From Alphaproteobacteria bacterium (GTDB lineage: Bacteria > Pseudomonadota > Alphaproteobacteria > UBA8317), in the NCBI GenBank assembly GCA_038131935.1, contig JAYPQH010000018.1:64001-128000 (forward strand): a DNA stretch of 64,000 nt. Direction: 5' to 3'. Of the stretch, positions 61,221 to 64,000 are shown in pieces (position 1 is the first letter of the stretch; each line of letters starts with the position of its first letter). The notes under the pieces were generated by a model. It saw only the letters and a program-made list of their open reading frames with translations, was not told where the DNA came from and did not search any database. A program made the translations under genes and the position numbers.

Positions 61221-63844
61221 TCACCATGCAGGCACGGTTTGCCGACGCCGCTGAGACAGAAAAACAACAACCAACAAGATCAAACCAGGAACATAAAACC
61301 ATTCTTTGTGTGGTCTTTCAGCTGGAATTTCGAAACCAACAATGGCAACGGGTATATCGCCATAAAAATCAAACTTTGTCGCCATTTGGTCAAAATATCT
61401 TGTCCCTGGGAAAGGTTCTTCAATCACCAATCCACGTAGCCCCCTATCTATGATGCTAAGACCTTGAGCTTGCAGCTGATCAACCCATGGGCTCTTGCCA
61501 TCAGAGGGAAGTGAAAGTGTTAATGTCGTGTTGGCACCACTATCAAAATCCGGCCCCTCTAGGGTGATACGAACATCTTGAAGCACAACGTCGCGCTCCA
61601 ATGCTTGTGTGACGGCTTGCGCCTCAAAACGCTCAAACGGAGGTATAAGTTGATCCAACCAATATCCTGGGCGCAACAACGTGAAGACCACAAGCAAGAG
61701 AACAGCTTGTTCCCATAGATATGACCTCGTCAGCCAATAACCTTGAGTAACCGCTGCAAATGCCAGCATACCAATACAAGAAATCACAAACACCAAGAGC
61801 GCATGTAAGGGCTCTACATCTATCAATAAGAGATCCGTATTAAATATAAACATGAATGGCAGTAAGGCTGTGCGGATATCGTAAGCAAAACCTTGGACAC
61901 CTGTTTTGATAGGGTCTCCTCGTGAGATTGCAGCAGCGGCATACGCCGCCAAGCCAACCGGTGGTGTATCATCAGCCAAAATGCCAAAATAAAACACAAA
62001 CAAATGGACGGCAATGAGGGGTACCACCAACCCTGCCTGGGCGCCCACCGACATAATCACAGGTGCCATCAAAGATGAGACCACAATATAATTGGCTGTG
62101 GTGGGTAGACCCATCCCCAAAACCAAAGAAAGGACAGCCACAAGGATCAGCAAAACCATGATGTTGTCACCTGCAACCGCTTCTATAAGCTCCCCAATAA
62201 TTTGATGTGCCCCCGTGAGCGAAATCGTGCCAACTATGAGACCCGCGGCACCCGTGGCTACAGAAATCGCAATCATATTCCGCGCACCAGAGATCAACCC
62301 TGCTACAAACTGCCCCCAACCCAACAGCAGATGAATAGGACGCATCCCTTGACCACGAAAAAAACTTTTCAAAGGATGATGGGTCACCACGACAAAACTC
62401 ATGATCAAGGTTGCCCAGAATACGGATAAAGAGGGTGACAAACGGTCAAGGTCATCAGTTCTGACAATCAAATTCCAAACCAGAACAAAGATAGGAAGCA
62501 AAAAGTAACATCCCGATAACAAAGTAGGTGTCAAACGCGGGCTCGAGCTGATTTTTTCTCATCATCTTGATCTAGTTCGGGGACCTGGCTGGCTGCATAG
62601 ACCAAGCCCAGATACACCAATAAGAGCAACAGCATGGAAGCATATATCGACTGGTCTGGCATGATGTTTTCCAAAAAGGAACGTAGCAAAATCATGACAT
62701 AGGTGATCAGTCCCAATCCCAAAAAACCACTCAGAAAGAGAAGGCCAATCATCGCCAAACCCAAGCGACGTCCATCTTTTTCTAACCCCTTCAGGCCAAG
62801 TTTTAAGCTTTCTAGATGCACAATATACAAAAGTGCGATGTAGCTTATGACAGCAGGTAAAAAAGCATGACGCACGACATCTACATAAGAAATATTTACA
62901 TACTCGACCATCAAGAAGGCCGCAGCACCCATCACTGGTGGTGTTAGTTGTCCGTTGGTTGAAGATGCCACCTCAACGGCACCCGCTTTTTCTTTTGAAA
63001 AACCAATGCGTTTCATTAATGGAATGGTGAATGTTCCTGTGGTGACTGTATTGGCAATAGATGACCCTGAAATCATCCCCGTTGCCATGGATGACAGCAC
63101 AGCCGCTTTCGCGGGTCCACCACGTAAAGATCCCAACAGGGCGATCGCGACTTGGATGAACCAATGACCACCTCCGGCCTTCTCCAATAGCGCCCCGAAC
63201 AAAACAAACAAGAAAATCATGCTCGTAGAGACCCCAAGGGCAACCCCAAAAACACCTTCTGATTGCATCCAATAATGGCCCACAGCTTTGCTCAGTGATG
63301 CCCCCCCATAATTGGTGGCTTCACGGATGAAAGTTATATCCCCACCAAACAAAACAAGCAGAACGAATAGGGAAGCGATGATAACAAGCGGCAGCCCCAA
63401 ACATCGATAGACAGCAATCAAAAGCACCAAGATGCCCAAACAGGATATGACAACGTCTGAACCGGTCCAAAGTCCTGGGCGGTCTGCAATTTCGTAACGA
63501 AACAGCACCAAATATAATGTGGTTACCAACCCCAACATCAAAAGAATCAGGTCATAAAATGGGATATGACGTCGATGCTGAAATAAGGGATAGGTCAGTG
63601 AGGCCAAACTCAACGCAAATGCCAAATGTATGAAACGCGCTTGGGTAACCATTGCTGAAAAAAATGACAGGCCAGTTTGGGTGGCCAACCAACCGGGCAA
63701 TTGTGAGGCAATATACAACTGAAACAACGACCACAGAATACAAAGCCCAGCGATAACTTTTTGGACCAAGGGACCAGCTTCTCGCCCGCCAAGGTCTGTT
63801 TGCATCACCAACTCATCTGCAGAAAGTCTGCTATCGCGTGCCAT
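61221..63844 (-). CDS. TAXI-type TRAP fused (4TM/12TM) permease (A-run frameshift near 62555)
   Basis: GGPAKAAV, GSSIANTVTTG, PPVMGAAAFLM, LGMGLPTTANY, ADDTPPVGLA. The two ORFs join across an A-run. Confidence 0.9.
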
Positions 63845-63861
63845 GTCATCACCTTCTTTTT

Positions 63862-63895
63862 ATAAAAAATAAGAAACCGGCTGATGCCGGTTTCT
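63862..63895 (-). terminator. Hairpin terminator between the TAXI binding-protein gene and the permease
   Basis: AGAAACCGGC-tgat-GCCGGTTTCT, perfect 10-bp stem, T-rich tail on the minus strand. A second 9-bp inverted repeat lies at 63932-63956. Confidence 0.65.
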
Positions 63896-63965
63896 CAACA
63901 TTATCGTTATGTAAGTTTCATCATTGTCTCTTTAAGCATTGTACATGAATGCTTAAGGCAAATGA

Positions 63966-64000
63966 TCAGAGCAAGCCTAGTTCTTTGTAGGCTTTTTCTG
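63966..64000 (-). CDS. 3' end of a TAXI-family TRAP substrate-binding protein (rest outside window)
   Basis: Reads EKAYKELGLL*, like the typical HPGA.KYY.E.GL TAXI C-terminus, upstream of the fused permease. Confidence 0.65.
   Translation of the reverse strand, partial: EKAYKELGLL

Noticed and set aside
1-64000. tRNA, rRNA, tmRNA, integrase or transposase genes
   Set aside because: No such sequences recognised. Intergenic gaps are short, and ssrA is not adjacent to smpB here.

Overview
Gene-dense chromosomal segment of an alphaproteobacterium. Moderate GC and the gene orders waaA-lpxK/xseA-purD, ileS-lspA-DUF3035-M16-M16-mutL and smpB-dapA/slt support this. Content is mostly housekeeping and nutrient scavenging: LPS, purine and tRNA/rRNA modification genes, mutL, a keto-acid-type TRAP transporter with prpE and scoAB, a sahR-metF-split metH-metK methionine/SAM operon, sulP, phaB, typA, nudC, a modABC-DMT-gapdh-arsJ oxyanion run, and a RimK-like ligase plus 2OG-Fe(II) oxygenase behind a TAXI-type TRAP transporter. 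About a dozen genes, several of them essential, are broken by small indels, mostly in homopolymers. I read these as long-read consensus errors rather than pseudogenes. I found no rRNA, tRNA, CRISPR or intact IS. The most unusual spot is 49959-51304: an intact GC-rich fic gene with six phased direct repeats upstream, between remnants of a SprT-like gene and a YeeA/MmeI-like methyltransferase gene. It looks like the last survivor of a deleted mobile or defence island. Other candidates for novelty are an exported FKBP-FKBP-rhodanese fusion, the RimK/2OG-oxygenase pair, a regulator-less gapdh-arsJ module behind modABC, and a DctM with a ~330-aa helical tail. All protein calls come from motif recognition by eye; no database searches were run.
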